From an uncultured Rivularia sp. (GTDB taxonomy: Bacteria; Cyanobacteriota; Cyanobacteriia; Cyanobacteriales; Nostocaceae): 64,000 bases of DNA. Both the position numbers and the translations under genes were made by a program. The notes under the pieces were generated by a model. That model was not told the origin of the DNA. It saw only the letters and a program-made list of their open reading frames with translations, and ran no database searches. This document shows, piece by piece, positions 20,130 to 30,278 of the stretch; position 1 is the first letter of the stretch, and every line of letters begins with the position of its first letter. The DNA is taken from contig OY762007.1 in the NCBI GenBank assembly GCA_963665115.1, positions 8,192,001 through 8,256,000 on the forward strand, read 5' to 3'.

Positions 20130-21683
20130 ATGCCAGAGAATCCCCAAGAGCCGCGAGAATATGATGTTGTGCTGGGTGGTGAAAATCCACCTTTACCTGA
20201 TAGTGCGGTTTTGGGTGGGATTGAAGGTGTTAAGCGTCGTTTTGCTAGTAAAGTTGTTGAGGTTAGGGTTGCGGCGCTTGTAGATGCTTTGAATTATGGC
20301 GATGCTGGTTTGGATTTGGTTATAGAAGGTTTGCAAGATGATTCGACGCAGGTAAAAGATAAAGCTGTTGAGTTGTTAAGCCATAGAGAAGAAACTAAAG
20401 TAAAACTGGCGCTGTTAACATATCTGATAAAAACCCAAACTAATAATGCTAATGCTTATAACGAACGTGGTTTAATACGACAACATTTGGGAGATTTGCA
20501 AGGTGCAATTTATGATTTTTCTCAAGCTATATTAAAGTTTGAGGATACAATTTTTTTTTATAATAGAGGATTCTGTTATCAACAGTTAGGAAATATAAAA
20601 GAAGCAATTGTAAATTATTCTAAAGCAATTGAAATTGATGAAGAATATGCCGATGCTTATTTCTATCGAGGAATTTGTTTCCAATCTCTAGAAAATTATA
20701 AAACAGCTATTTCTGATTACTGGAACACAATTAAAATTAATCATAATTCAACACTTGCTTATTATAAAATTGGGATTTGCTATCATGAATTAAACCAATA
20801 TCAATATGCTATTAACTATTATTCTGCGGCAATAAAAAGAAACCCAACATATCCTCATTCTTACATGGGACGAGCGCAGACAAATACAACTTTAGCAAAT
20901 TATCAAGAAGCAATTGAAGATTATACCTTTATCATTGGAGTTAATTATTATAGTCAAACCTTAAAAGCACTAGCTTATAACTATCGCGGCGCAATTTACG
21001 ATACTTTAGAAAATTATCAGCAGGCAATTGCCGACGCAAACCAAGCCATTGAACTCAAACACAAGAATTTAGAATGGACTTACGAAAACAGAGGAATATC
21101 TAAATATAAACTCGATGATATTGAAGGTGCGTTAGCCGATTTCAATCAAGCAATTGCAATTAATCCTAATTATTATCGTGCTTATAACAGCCGGGGATTT
21201 GTAAAAAGCGCGATGGGAAATCATCAAGAAGCAATTATGGATTTTAATCGAGCAATTGCTCTCAACTCTAATTATCTTGATGCTTATATCAATCGTGCGG
21301 TTAGTCGTACTAAGCTAAAAGATTTTATCGGGGGTATTGCCGACTTCTCGCAAATAATCACCTTAAATCCTCCATCGCCGGAAATTTATTACTATAACCG
21401 GGGAGTTTGTCATTTATCGCGAAAAGATTATATCAACGCAATTAAAGATTTTAGTCAAACTGTAAAAATAAATTCTAGTTATTTTAATGCTTACTACAAT
21501 CGCGGCTGCTGCTATTTTGAATTGAAAGATTATCCAGATGCAATAAATGATTTTAGCTCAGTAATTCAAATTAATCCTCAATATGCTCAAGCTTATAGTG
21601 GTAGAGGAAGCGCTTACATAAAATTAGGAGAAGTTACGAAGGGTGAATTTGATTTTCAAAAAGTTAAAGAATTGCAAGGGTAA
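20130..21683 (+). CDS. TPR repeat protein with a HEAT-like N-terminal module
   Basis: Many AY(Y)NRG...AI.D TPR motifs; N-terminal PREYDVVLGG...ALNYGDAGLDLVI. Confidence 0.9.
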   Translation: MPENPQEPREYDVVLGGENPPLPDSAVLGGIEGVKRRFASKVVEVRVAALVDALNYGDAGLDLVIEGLQDDSTQVKDKAVELLSHREETKVKLALLTYLIKTQTNNANAYNERGLIRQHLGDLQGAIYDFSQAILKFEDTIFFYNRGFCYQQLGNIKEAIVNYSKAIEIDEEYADAYFYRGICFQSLENYKTAISDYWNTIKINHNSTLAYYKIGICYHELNQYQYAINYYSAAIKRNPTYPHSYMGRAQTNTTLANYQEAIEDYTFIIGVNYYSQTLKALAYNYRGAIYDTLENYQQAIADANQAIELKHKNLEWTYENRGISKYKLDDIEGALADFNQAIAINPNYYRAYNSRGFVKSAMGNHQEAIMDFNRAIALNSNYLDAYINRAVSRTKLKDFIGGIADFSQIITLNPPSPEIYYYNRGVCHLSRKDYINAIKDFSQTVKINSSYFNAYYNRGCCYFELKDYPDAINDFSSVIQINPQYAQAYSGRGSAYIKLGEVTKGEFDFQKVKELQG

Positions 21684-21918
21684 AACAACTTTCAATTCCT
21701 CACTCCTCACTTTTAATACCTTTCTTACTTTTATTACTTTTATTGCTTTTTTATTTTAGTTTTTAATTACCCGAGGTGGTTTCTATAAAGTTAGTAAAAA
21801 AGATTTAATTCATGGTAATTTAAAAAATACATTCAAAACTGTAGTATCTCAAACCAAAGCTAAAATTTTAATTCAAATAATTCAAACATAGCCTTTATTA
21901 AGTAGTGTATTGTGTTCT

Positions 21919-23689
21919 ATGAAGATGTCATATAAAACTAAAGAAAACCCTAAACCTTCTCAAGCTGAGCGTTACTCACTACAGAATCAGAAAATTATTG
22001 CTCCACCACTGGATAATGAGTTTTACGCCCAGAGTTATGAGTTAAGGAAAGCAGCTTCGACGATGACAGTCGCTGCGATTGAGTGGTTCCGCAATAATCT
22101 AAAGGTATTGCTGGAAGGAAGTTATTCAGGCTCGCACAAAGACGATACTTTGTCGGTACTCAGTATCGGCAGTGGCGAAGGTGATATCGATATCGAAATC
22201 ATACACAGCCTGCTCCCCAGCCTTAATCCACGGTGGAAGAAGTTACGATATGTAGCACTTGAACCCAATCCTATTCATCGCGATCGCTTTCTAAAACGGC
22301 TTGACAAAGCATCCTTTGACGAGAATGTAGAAGTATCCGTGAGTGAAGACTGTTTTGAACCCGGTAGGTTTGAAAGCGAAGAAAAGTACGATTTGGTTAT
22401 GTTAACTCACGTTTTGTACTACTTTAAGGAGCCGTATCAAGCGATTCAAACTGCCCTGAGTCAGACTAAGGAAAGCGGGCAAGTCGTTATTGTTCATCAG
22501 ACAGCTACAGGTATACCTCAAATCCAGCGAGAGCATATGCTTGAAGCAAAAGGAGACGAAAACGAGATGTTCGCGGCAGAGGACATTAAAAATTTACTTG
22601 ATACAAAATCCCATCAGCATCAGTATCACCATGTAGATGCTCGCCTAGATGTAACAGAATGCCTCCAGCGCTTGGAAGCTGGTGTCAAAATAATGTCCTT
22701 TTGTATGGAATGCGATTTGCGCCAGCTACAGGAAGCAAAATTTGCCAAGATTCTCCAGGCTTTTTGGAGATTGGCTGAGATTGAGGACACAGGGAAAGCA
22801 TATATGCAAGAAACCGATCGGGGTTTTTGTATTGCCAGCAACTCCCAATTCCACCATTGTAGGAAGAAGTACACAAGACAAAGATCCGGTGGATGATTAT
22901 TGGCAGCTTGCACAGCGTTTCGATTGGTCAAGCACATTCTTGTCACAATATCAACAAGCCAAAGGTTCATCTCTGAGATTATTAGATGTTGCCTGTGGTA
23001 CGGGGCGCTGGTTGGAAGCTTTTCGTCACTACATCCAACTTGACGAAGGAATTAAGGACATTGCTTACGATTGCTTAGATCCTAGTGCAAGTTCAATTTG
23101 TCAAGCAAGTCAGAAAATTCATCCTCCCTTCAAGCAAGGTACTCAGTATGTTAATACAATTCAAGGAGCCAAGCTAGAAAGCAATTCTTACGATCTATTA
23201 TGGTCGATGCACGGCTTTTATATGGTTCCACCCCAGAATTTAGCAGTTGTATTGAAAAAGTGCGTCAATTCGCTTAATGATACCGGAGTTGGATTTATTG
23301 CTTTAGCTACTCGTAAATCTTTTTACGTCGATTTTTACGAGCAATACCTGCAAATTTTTAAAGAAGGAAAAGGTGAACGATTTACCGCCGCTGAAGATAT
23401 CTTAGAAAGTCTCCGTGAGTGTGGTATTCAGCATCAAGTGCATAGGATTTTCTATGAAGAAGCCATAAATACTGAGGATTCTGAAGGTTTAGAGCATTAC
23501 ATTAAGAATGAGGCGACAATCAACTGCTTTAACAAAGATAAGGAAGTAGAGCCATTATCTGCATCCAAAAATATTACCTTGGAAGAGTTGCTTTCTAATC
23601 CGAAGATGAAAGCATATCTAAAATCATTGATTAGAAACTCAGTGTATTATTTTCCTGAAGAGATTTTGCTGATTTCGTTTCATCGGTAA
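21919..23689 (+). CDS. Tandem two-domain SAM methyltransferase (N-domain histamine N-methyltransferase-like); apparent +1 frameshift at 22811-22813
   Basis: Motif I VLSIGSGEGDID and YDLVMLTHVLYY in domain 1; LLDVACGTGRW in domain 2. Removing one A fuses them (YMQEPIGVFVL), ~589 aa. Confidence 0.8.
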
Positions 23690-23711
23690 GTTAAAAGTCG
23701 AGCATAGCATT

Positions 23712-24299
23712 ATGGACAAAAAAATATTATTAGAGCAAGAGCATAAAAAAACAGGATTCAAGGTTTTCCTAGCCTCTATGGAAGATAGTCATATCAAGCA
23801 CTTAATCAAACTTGCTCAAGATCCAAGTTTACCAGATTTATTGGGTTGGAACACATTTTTTGAACTTGATGAGACGGAACAATTCATAGAAGCGATTTCA
23901 TCTTACGCTCTCCCTTATTCTCGAAAAAGTCAGCCCCTGGTATTTGGAGTTTATTTAGATCCAGAAAGTTTACCAATTGGATATGTAGTATTAAAAGGCT
24001 TGAATACGGATTTGTTGACTAGTGAAATCGGAGTGGCAATTTTAGATCAAAAATATAGGAGTAAAGGATATGGCAAGCTAGCATTAAAACGACTCGTTAT
24101 TTATGCATTCGATGAATTACAGATTAAAACAATTGGATCGGCCATTTTGTCGTCAAACAAGAGTTCAATAAATATGACTAAAAATCTAGGTTTTATAGTT
24201 AGTGAAATTATGTATAAATCGTGGCCAATGCCTAATGGTGACTTAGTAGATATGGTATTGATGGAATTGACAAAGGAAACATGGGTTGCCACAATCTAA
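23712..24299 (+). CDS. GNAT N-acetyltransferase, RimJ/RimL type
   Basis: EIGVAI...YRSKGYG...YAFDEL...NKSSI...LGF; starts 22 nt after the methyltransferase. Confidence 0.88.
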   Translation: MDKKILLEQEHKKTGFKVFLASMEDSHIKHLIKLAQDPSLPDLLGWNTFFELDETEQFIEAISSYALPYSRKSQPLVFGVYLDPESLPIGYVVLKGLNTDLLTSEIGVAILDQKYRSKGYGKLALKRLVIYAFDELQIKTIGSAILSSNKSSINMTKNLGFIVSEIMYKSWPMPNGDLVDMVLMELTKETWVATI

Positions 24300-24443
24300 A
24301 TTTTAGTTACTTTGTTGACTATTCATCACATTCTTCAATAGAAGACTAGCACGAAGACAACGAATAGGATCTACAATCGAGGAAGTAATGAAAATAATTT
24401 TAATTAATTTAATCAACACATACAATTTTATGAAAATAATTAT

Positions 24444-25037
24444 ATGCCGTACAGTCAATTTACTATAGAAGAAATTAAAACAAACTTTGGCATTACTATT
24501 TCGGAAAAATTTGGTATTTTTGCTGATGTGCCAGAAATAGAATTTAGTGATTTTCTTGCACAATCTTTTAAAGAATATCTTCCTTTAGCGTTGGCAATCA
24601 ATACAGAAAAAGCCCGTTCTGAACTGATTATAATGCCAATATTGGTAGAAATTAAAAAACAATTATCTTCTCAAATAAGTATTTTTTCTGGTAAAGATTT
24701 TAGCGTCGAACCAACTCAAGGTTTAACTGGATTTTGCGATTTCTTAATTAGTCTTTCTCCAGAACAATTGGTTATAGAAGCTCCGGTAGTAACTTTGGTA
24801 GAAGCAGAAAACGATAATATTCAATCTGGATTAGGACAATGTATGGCTGAAATGATAGCCGCTCAAATATTTAACCAAAGAAAAGGTAAGGAAATTTCTA
24901 CGATTTATGGTGTGGTAACTACTGGAACTAATTGGAAATTTTTAGCGCTTAAAGATCAAATTATAGAAATAGATTTGAATGAATATTTCATCAGTCAATT
25001 GGGTAAGATTTTAGGGATTTTGAAAAGTCTAATTTGA
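24444..25037 (+). CDS. Cyanobacterial PD-(D/E)XK-like hypothetical protein
   Basis: NTEKARSELII, GFCDFLIS, VEAEND, GLGQCMAEM, YGVVTTGTNWKF. Confidence 0.75.
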   Translation: MPYSQFTIEEIKTNFGITISEKFGIFADVPEIEFSDFLAQSFKEYLPLALAINTEKARSELIIMPILVEIKKQLSSQISIFSGKDFSVEPTQGLTGFCDFLISLSPEQLVIEAPVVTLVEAENDNIQSGLGQCMAEMIAAQIFNQRKGKEISTIYGVVTTGTNWKFLALKDQIIEIDLNEYFISQLGKILGILKSLI

Positions 25038-25134
25038 GATTTTAACCGCCAGATTAAACCTCTAACTCCTAACTCCTAAAAGACGTAGCACTGCTACGTC
25101 TCTACACTCCGGTGGTACTAGCTCCTAACTTTCC

Positions 25135-26142
25135 CTACGGCACTTGCCAAATCCTTTGATGATAATTATCGATATCTGCGTAGGGATCTACGGGTGGGTG
25201 TGAATGGTCGTGATTGTGATGATGATGGTGGTCGTGAGAATGTCCGTGCCCATGATTATCTGATACTGCGGCAGTGCGGAATTTACACATTTCGCAATTC
25301 ATCTTCACTTCGCCGAGTTGCGTTTCTATTTCTCGCTCTCGCAGCACTGTTAATAATTCTGGCTGCAAACCGATTTCTGGTAAAGCATTAATGGAAATAT
25401 CTGGATATTGTTCTTGCTGTTGGGCTGTAATATCAAAGATTTTTTTCATCAAAGTACCCATAAACAAGAAGTATGGCAAAACAATGATGCGTTTCGGTTT
25501 ATATAAACGAGCGCGTTGAAAGCCTTCTTCTAATCGGGGATGCGTGATGCCAATAAAGCAGGTTTCAACGGTGGAATAACCGCTACCTTCCCAAATAATC
25601 CGAGCTAATTTGTATACATCGCCGTTTGCGTCGGGGTCGCTGGAACCCCTACCTACAAACAAAAGTACGGTATCCTGACGCGAAATTTGTTGGGGATTAT
25701 GTTCGGGTTTGTCGAACTCGGCTAAACGATTGCGCCATAATTCGATAAAGGTGGGTGTAATTCCGAAATGTCTTCCGTAATGAAACTTTAATTCGGGATA
25801 TCTCACCCTAGCGCGATCTAATTCGTTGGTAATATCAAATTTATTGTGTCGTGCGGCAAATAATAAAATCGGTAAAGCTGAAAGTTCGGTGTAACCGTTT
25901 TTGATGCATTCGTCCACACCTTCTTGAATTGTCGGCTCAGTTAGTTCCAAAAAACAAGGTAAAACCGGACGAGAATTATCTAAAGCTTGGTAAGCACTAG
26001 CAAAATCCAACAAAGCCTGCTTTCCTTGGGCATTTCTTGTACCATGCCCAATCATAAGCAAAGGACGCTTCATTGGTAAAGGTGGTAATTCTAGGTTTGG
26101 AAATTGTAACTTTGTCGAATTTGATTTATCGATAATTTGCAT
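25135..26142 (-). CDS. cbiX: Sirohydrochlorin cobaltochelatase CbiX (long form, His-rich tail)
   Basis: [25 protein letters not shown], His-rich C-terminus. ATG at 26142 preferred because the longer ORF start lies in the riboswitch. Confidence 0.93.
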   Translation of the reverse strand: MQIIDKSNSTKLQFPNLELPPLPMKRPLLMIGHGTRNAQGKQALLDFASAYQALDNSRPVLPCFLELTEPTIQEGVDECIKNGYTELSALPILLFAARHNKFDITNELDRARVRYPELKFHYGRHFGITPTFIELWRNRLAEFDKPEHNPQQISRQDTVLLFVGRGSSDPDANGDVYKLARIIWEGSGYSTVETCFIGITHPRLEEGFQRARLYKPKRIIVLPYFLFMGTLMKKIFDITAQQQEQYPDISINALPEIGLQPELLTVLREREIETQLGEVKMNCEMCKFRTAAVSDNHGHGHSHDHHHHHNHDHSHPPVDPYADIDNYHQRIWQVP

Positions 26143-26194
26143 TATTTTCAAAAGGCTCCCTTCCCGTGCTACGCAGGAAATAAAGTGAGCGAAT

Positions 26195-26385
26195 AACAAA
26201 TAGGTGTTCTGGCTCAAGGATTAAGAGTGAGGAGTTAGGAATGAGGAGTTAGGAATTAAGAATTAAATTGATTCACTAAATACATTCACAACTCATAACT
26301 CATAACCCTTTTACAGTTGCGGCACAGCCCCGGAATTTCACCGGAGTTTCCCTAGTCTGTTAAGGTTCACGTTTGTTTAGTTATA
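26195..26385 (-). promoter_or_regulatory. Cobalamin riboswitch upstream of cbiX
   Basis: Minus strand AGGGAAACTCCGGTGAAATTCCGGGGCTGTGCCGCAACTGTAA ... GAGCCAGAACACCT (B12 box). Confidence 0.9.
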
Positions 26386-26506
26386 TTAGCCGAATCCGTG
26401 TGTATTGCGAAATGCAGGATGGGGGGATGAGGGATGGGGAGAGGGGGAGACAAGGAGTGAGTAGCAAGTAGCGAGTATCAAGCTCGAAACTTCTAAAAAA
26501 TATTTG

Positions 26507-26672
26507 GGCGTTGCTGAATTGAGATATGAATTTATTATTACTGTCTAATAGCAGCCTCCTAAATCCCCCAAGTTTGGTTCTATTTAAAATATATTTCTCC
26601 CCCAAAATTGGGGGTTGGGGGGCTGTTCATACTTTTATATGGCTAGCGCCACGCTCCGCTAACAGCAACGCC
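26507..26672. mobile_element. MITE with GGCGTTGCTG TIRs and an 8-bp target-site duplication AATATTTG
   Basis: AATATTTG|GGCGTTGCTG...CAGCAACGCC|AATATTTG (TSD at 26499-26506 and 26673-26680). Confidence 0.9.
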
Positions 26673-26692
26673 AATATTTGATCTTTCTAATA

Positions 26693-26748
26693 GTAGTGCG
26701 AGCATCTTGCTCGCTGTATGTCTCTAGCGAGCAAGATGCTCGCACTAC
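26693..26748. repeat. Perfect 23-bp inverted REP doublet (REPIN-like); possible lysC terminator
   Basis: GTAGTGCGAGCATCTTGCTCGCT-N10-AGCGAGCAAGATGCTCGCACTAC. Confidence 0.85.
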
Positions 26749-26825
26749 CAAATTGAATTATATATTTATTAACTCTTAACTGGTAACTCCTAACCGGTAA
26801 CTGCTCACTGCTCACTGTTCACTGC

Positions 26826-28640
26826 CTAAGCCGGAATTACAAATTCTTCTGTTCCCCCTAACTCAAATGCTGCATGAATCGCTTTTAAGGCTTTGACTCC
26901 TTGGTTTTCTGCTACTACGCAACTGATTTTTATTTCTGAGGTGGTTATCATTTGAATGTTGATGCTCTCTTGAGATAGGGATTCAAACATTTTTGCTGCA
27001 ACTCCGGGTTGCCCTACCATTCCCGCACCAACTATGCTCACTTTGGCAATTTCCATGTCAAGCACCACTTCACCCCAACCGCATTCTGCCGTAGCTTTCT
27101 GTAATAATTCTTGGGCTGCTCGTGCGTCTACTCTGGCTACGGTAAAGGCTATATCTCTGGTGGGAATACCTTTGATTACGTGACAGCGCTGGGATTGAAT
27201 TATCATGTCAACGCTAATGTTGTGATTCGCTAAGGTGCCAAAGATTTTTTCTGCCATACCTGGCGTATCGGGTACTCTACGAATCCCCAAACGTGCTTGT
27301 TTCATGTCTAGGGCTACTCCCCTGACTGGAGACTGGGAAGCGATTGGAGAAATAGAGAGAGAAGGAGCGGGGGTAAGAGAATCTTCGGCTATTTCAAATG
27401 TTTCTCGCAGTGCTGCTACGGCTTTTTCGCAATCAGAAGAGTCAATTACACAGCTAACTTTTACTTCACTTGTGGAAATCATTCTGATGTTTATTCCCCT
27501 ACGCGCTAGGGTTGCAAACATTTCGGCTGCTACACCGGGACGACCAATCATTCCCGCACCAACTATACTTACCTTGGCAATCTGTTGCTGGATCATCACT
27601 TCGGCTTCTTCTGCTTCGTCTGAAGTGCGGAGTGCTGGGGCGATCGCCGAAGCGACTGCCTCTGCTTTCTGTAATATCGGTGACATTACTGTAAAGGCTA
27701 TGTCGTTGGTATTACCTTCGTGAATGGATTGAATAATTAAATCTACGTCCACTTTCTGACGGGCAATTTCCCCAAATAGCTGCGCTGCGACTCCCGGTCT
27801 ATCGGGTACGCGCAATAATGATACTTTGGCTTGGTTGGTATCAAATTCAATATCGTCAACAGGTCGGGCTATTTCTAAGTTAATTAGAGAACGCGGTTTT
27901 GGATCGGGTGAATTAACTACAGTTCCAGGGTGATTCGTCCAGCTAGAACGTACTACCAACTGCACGCCATAATTTCGGGCTATTTCTACAGCGCGGGGAT
28001 GCAAAACTTTTGCTCCTAAAGAAGCTAATTCCAGCATTTCATCACTGGTAACTTCTGCCATCAATTGCGCTTGAGGAACCAAACGCGGATCTGTAGTTAA
28101 TATCCCCGGTACATCTGTATAAATTTCACATTTTTCTGCACTCAAGGCAGCGGCGATCGCCACTGCTGAAGTATCGGAGCCGCCTCTTCCCAAGGTGGTA
28201 ATCTCTAATTCTTCGGTACTGCTAATTCCCTGAAAACCAGCAATTACAACTACTCTACCTTCTTCTAAACATTTTTCTATTCTATCGGTAGCAATATGTA
28301 AAATGCGAGCGCGGGTATGTTCTGCTTCAGTAACAATTCCTACCTGGGCACCAGTTAAAGAAATTGCTGGCTGTCCGATTTCCTGCAAAGCCATACTAAC
28401 CAAAGCAATAGATACCTGTTCCCCAGTCGAAAGCAACATATCCATTTCTCGTCTTGAAGGGCGAGGAGAAATATCATTCGCCAGTTTCACAAGTCCATCA
28501 GTAGTTTTTCCCATAGCAGAAACCACCACAACCACAGAATTTCCGGCTTTGGCAGTGTCGCAAACGCGCTTTGCTACTGCTTGAATGCGTTCAACTGAAC
28601 CGACAGAAGAACCACCGTATTTTTGAACTATAAGCGCCAT
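26826..28640 (-). CDS. lysC: Aspartate kinase (cyanobacterial type with four ACT domains)
   Basis: [20 protein letters not shown], duplicated ACT pairs. Confidence 0.96.
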   Translation of the reverse strand: MALIVQKYGGSSVGSVERIQAVAKRVCDTAKAGNSVVVVVSAMGKTTDGLVKLANDISPRPSRREMDMLLSTGEQVSIALVSMALQEIGQPAISLTGAQVGIVTEAEHTRARILHIATDRIEKCLEEGRVVVIAGFQGISSTEELEITTLGRGGSDTSAVAIAAALSAEKCEIYTDVPGILTTDPRLVPQAQLMAEVTSDEMLELASLGAKVLHPRAVEIARNYGVQLVVRSSWTNHPGTVVNSPDPKPRSLINLEIARPVDDIEFDTNQAKVSLLRVPDRPGVAAQLFGEIARQKVDVDLIIQSIHEGNTNDIAFTVMSPILQKAEAVASAIAPALRTSDEAEEAEVMIQQQIAKVSIVGAGMIGRPGVAAEMFATLARRGINIRMISTSEVKVSCVIDSSDCEKAVAALRETFEIAEDSLTPAPSLSISPIASQSPVRGVALDMKQARLGIRRVPDTPGMAEKIFGTLANHNISVDMIIQSQRCHVIKGIPTRDIAFTVARVDARAAQELLQKATAECGWGEVVLDMEIAKVSIVGAGMVGQPGVAAKMFESLSQESINIQMITTSEIKISCVVAENQGVKALKAIHAAFELGGTEEFVIPA

Positions 28641-28789
28641 GATTATTGTATGGGAGATATATGGGGAATTATGTTACCGTTTCAAAGCCACCGAAGTAGC
28701 AGGCATCAACAAGTATATTACTAACAATTTATCAGACAGCACACCGCTTATGAAAGTTAAGAGTTGGGGGAGAGGGGGAGAGGGGGAGA

Positions 28790-28980
28790 TGCGGAGATGC
28801 GGAGACAAGGGGAGAGGGGACATTATTAAAGTAGTGAGTAGTAAGTAATGAGTAATGAGTAGTAAGTAATGAGTAACAAGTCGCGAGTAAAAATAGACGG
28901 GCAGAAGTACCGACATTTATAACAATAATAAAAAAGTGATTTACTTGCTACTCTCTACTCCCTACTCCCTACTCCCTACT
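28790..28980. repeat. Composite dispersed repeat (copy 2 of the 3.2-kb element)
   Basis: GGGGACATTATTAAAGTAG...AAAATAGACGGGCA...CGACATTTAT...AAAAAGTGATTTA. Confidence 0.75.
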
Positions 28981-29034
28981 CAATACTCCTAACTATTCCC
29001 AATGCCCCATGCCCCATGCCCAATTCCCAATTAA

Positions 29035-29763
29035 TTACTGCACTATTCCCGATCGCAATGCCCGCACTGCTGCTTGTGTGCGATCATCTACGCAAAGTTT
29101 ACTGAGAATTCCTCTGACGTGGGTTTTTACGGTACCAATTGTTAAGTATAGTTCTTTGGCAATTGCTGCGTTGTCGCATCCAGAAACGATTAATTCTAAT
29201 ACTTCTAATTCCCGTTTTGTTAATGGGTAAGTTTCTATAACTTTTTCTACTTCTGGATCTACTGCTTGAATTGCAACTGTTTTGGCATCCGCACCTGCTT
29301 TTCCTTCGGATACTTCTTGGCGTACTTGTCGCAATACAATATCTGCAATTGCTGGATCGATCCAAGATCCGCTTGAAGCTGTTGCTTGTACTGCTTCTAC
29401 TAATTTATCGCTTTCAATATCTTTCATACAGTAGGAGTCAGCACCAGCTCCAAAAGCTGCTAGTACCGCTTCGTCACTGTTTTGCATAGTTAAAATTAAC
29501 AGTTTGGTATCTTGGTTTTCAATTTCTGCTTGATATTGCCGAAATCTTCGCGTTAACTCAATACCGTCTATATCTGGTAAACCAAGATCGATAGTAGCAA
29601 CATCTGGCTTTAAGCTTTTAAGAAGATTTAAACCATCAGTTCCGTTGGAAGCTTCACCAACGATTTTAATGTCTTCGCGAGTTTCTAAAGCCGCTCTTAA
29701 ACCGATCCTAGTTAGATTATGGTCTTCGATTACGACTACTTTAATTTCACTCATATTATGCAA
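29035..29763 (-). CDS. NarL/LuxR-family response regulator, OrrA-like
   Basis: REC (IEDH, DLGLPD, ADSYCMK) plus LuxR HTH (LTKRELEVL...GTVKTHV...DDRTQAAV). Confidence 0.92.
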   Translation of the reverse strand: MHNMSEIKVVVIEDHNLTRIGLRAALETREDIKIVGEASNGTDGLNLLKSLKPDVATIDLGLPDIDGIELTRRFRQYQAEIENQDTKLLILTMQNSDEAVLAAFGAGADSYCMKDIESDKLVEAVQATASSGSWIDPAIADIVLRQVRQEVSEGKAGADAKTVAIQAVDPEVEKVIETYPLTKRELEVLELIVSGCDNAAIAKELYLTIGTVKTHVRGILSKLCVDDRTQAAVRALRSGIVQ

Positions 29764-30016
29764 CCTCTACCCACATTATCTAAAACCCTATTCAAGATAG
29801 CAGAGCTATTCTATTAGAAACTATTATGTTTATTGTATTAAATACGTTTACAAATGCCATTACAAGCCTTGTCTTTACAAATAGTTATAAATTTATTTTT
29901 TATATTTCATCCTTACGATAGATACCTATATACACTAGGACTTAACTGTAGAAGCTAGAAAAAATAAGGTTAGAACGATTAGTCTTTTAATAGTGACCAG
30001 TCACCAGTGACCAATT

Positions 30017-30253
30017 CTTAACTCCTAACTCTTAACTCCTAACTCTTAACTCCCTACTTCCTACTTCCTACTTCCTACTCCTAACTCTTAACTCTTAACT
30101 CTTAACTTCCTACTTCCTACTTCCTACTCCTAACTCTTAACTCCCTACTTCCTACTTCCTACTCCTAACTCTTAACTCTTAACTCCCTACTTCCTACTTC
30201 CTACTTCCTACTTCCTACTCCTAACTCTTAACTCCCTACTTCCTACTCCTAAC
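30017..30253. repeat. Long STRR tract (CTCTTAA/CTCCTAA/CTTCCTA heptamers)
   Basis: About 33 consecutive 7-mers immediately upstream of the PAS kinase. Confidence 0.92.
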
Positions 30254-30278
30254 CCTTCACTTTCAATGTCCATTCGTT

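Noticed and set aside
26143..26217. N-terminal extension of CbiX from TTG at 26217
   Set aside because: Overlaps the riboswitch B12 box; the ATG at 26142 is more plausible.
28639..28916. Short ORFs at 28639 and 28674 (and similarly 2990, 26381)
   Set aside because: Low-complexity translations of STRR tracts (LLITHY, PLSP).
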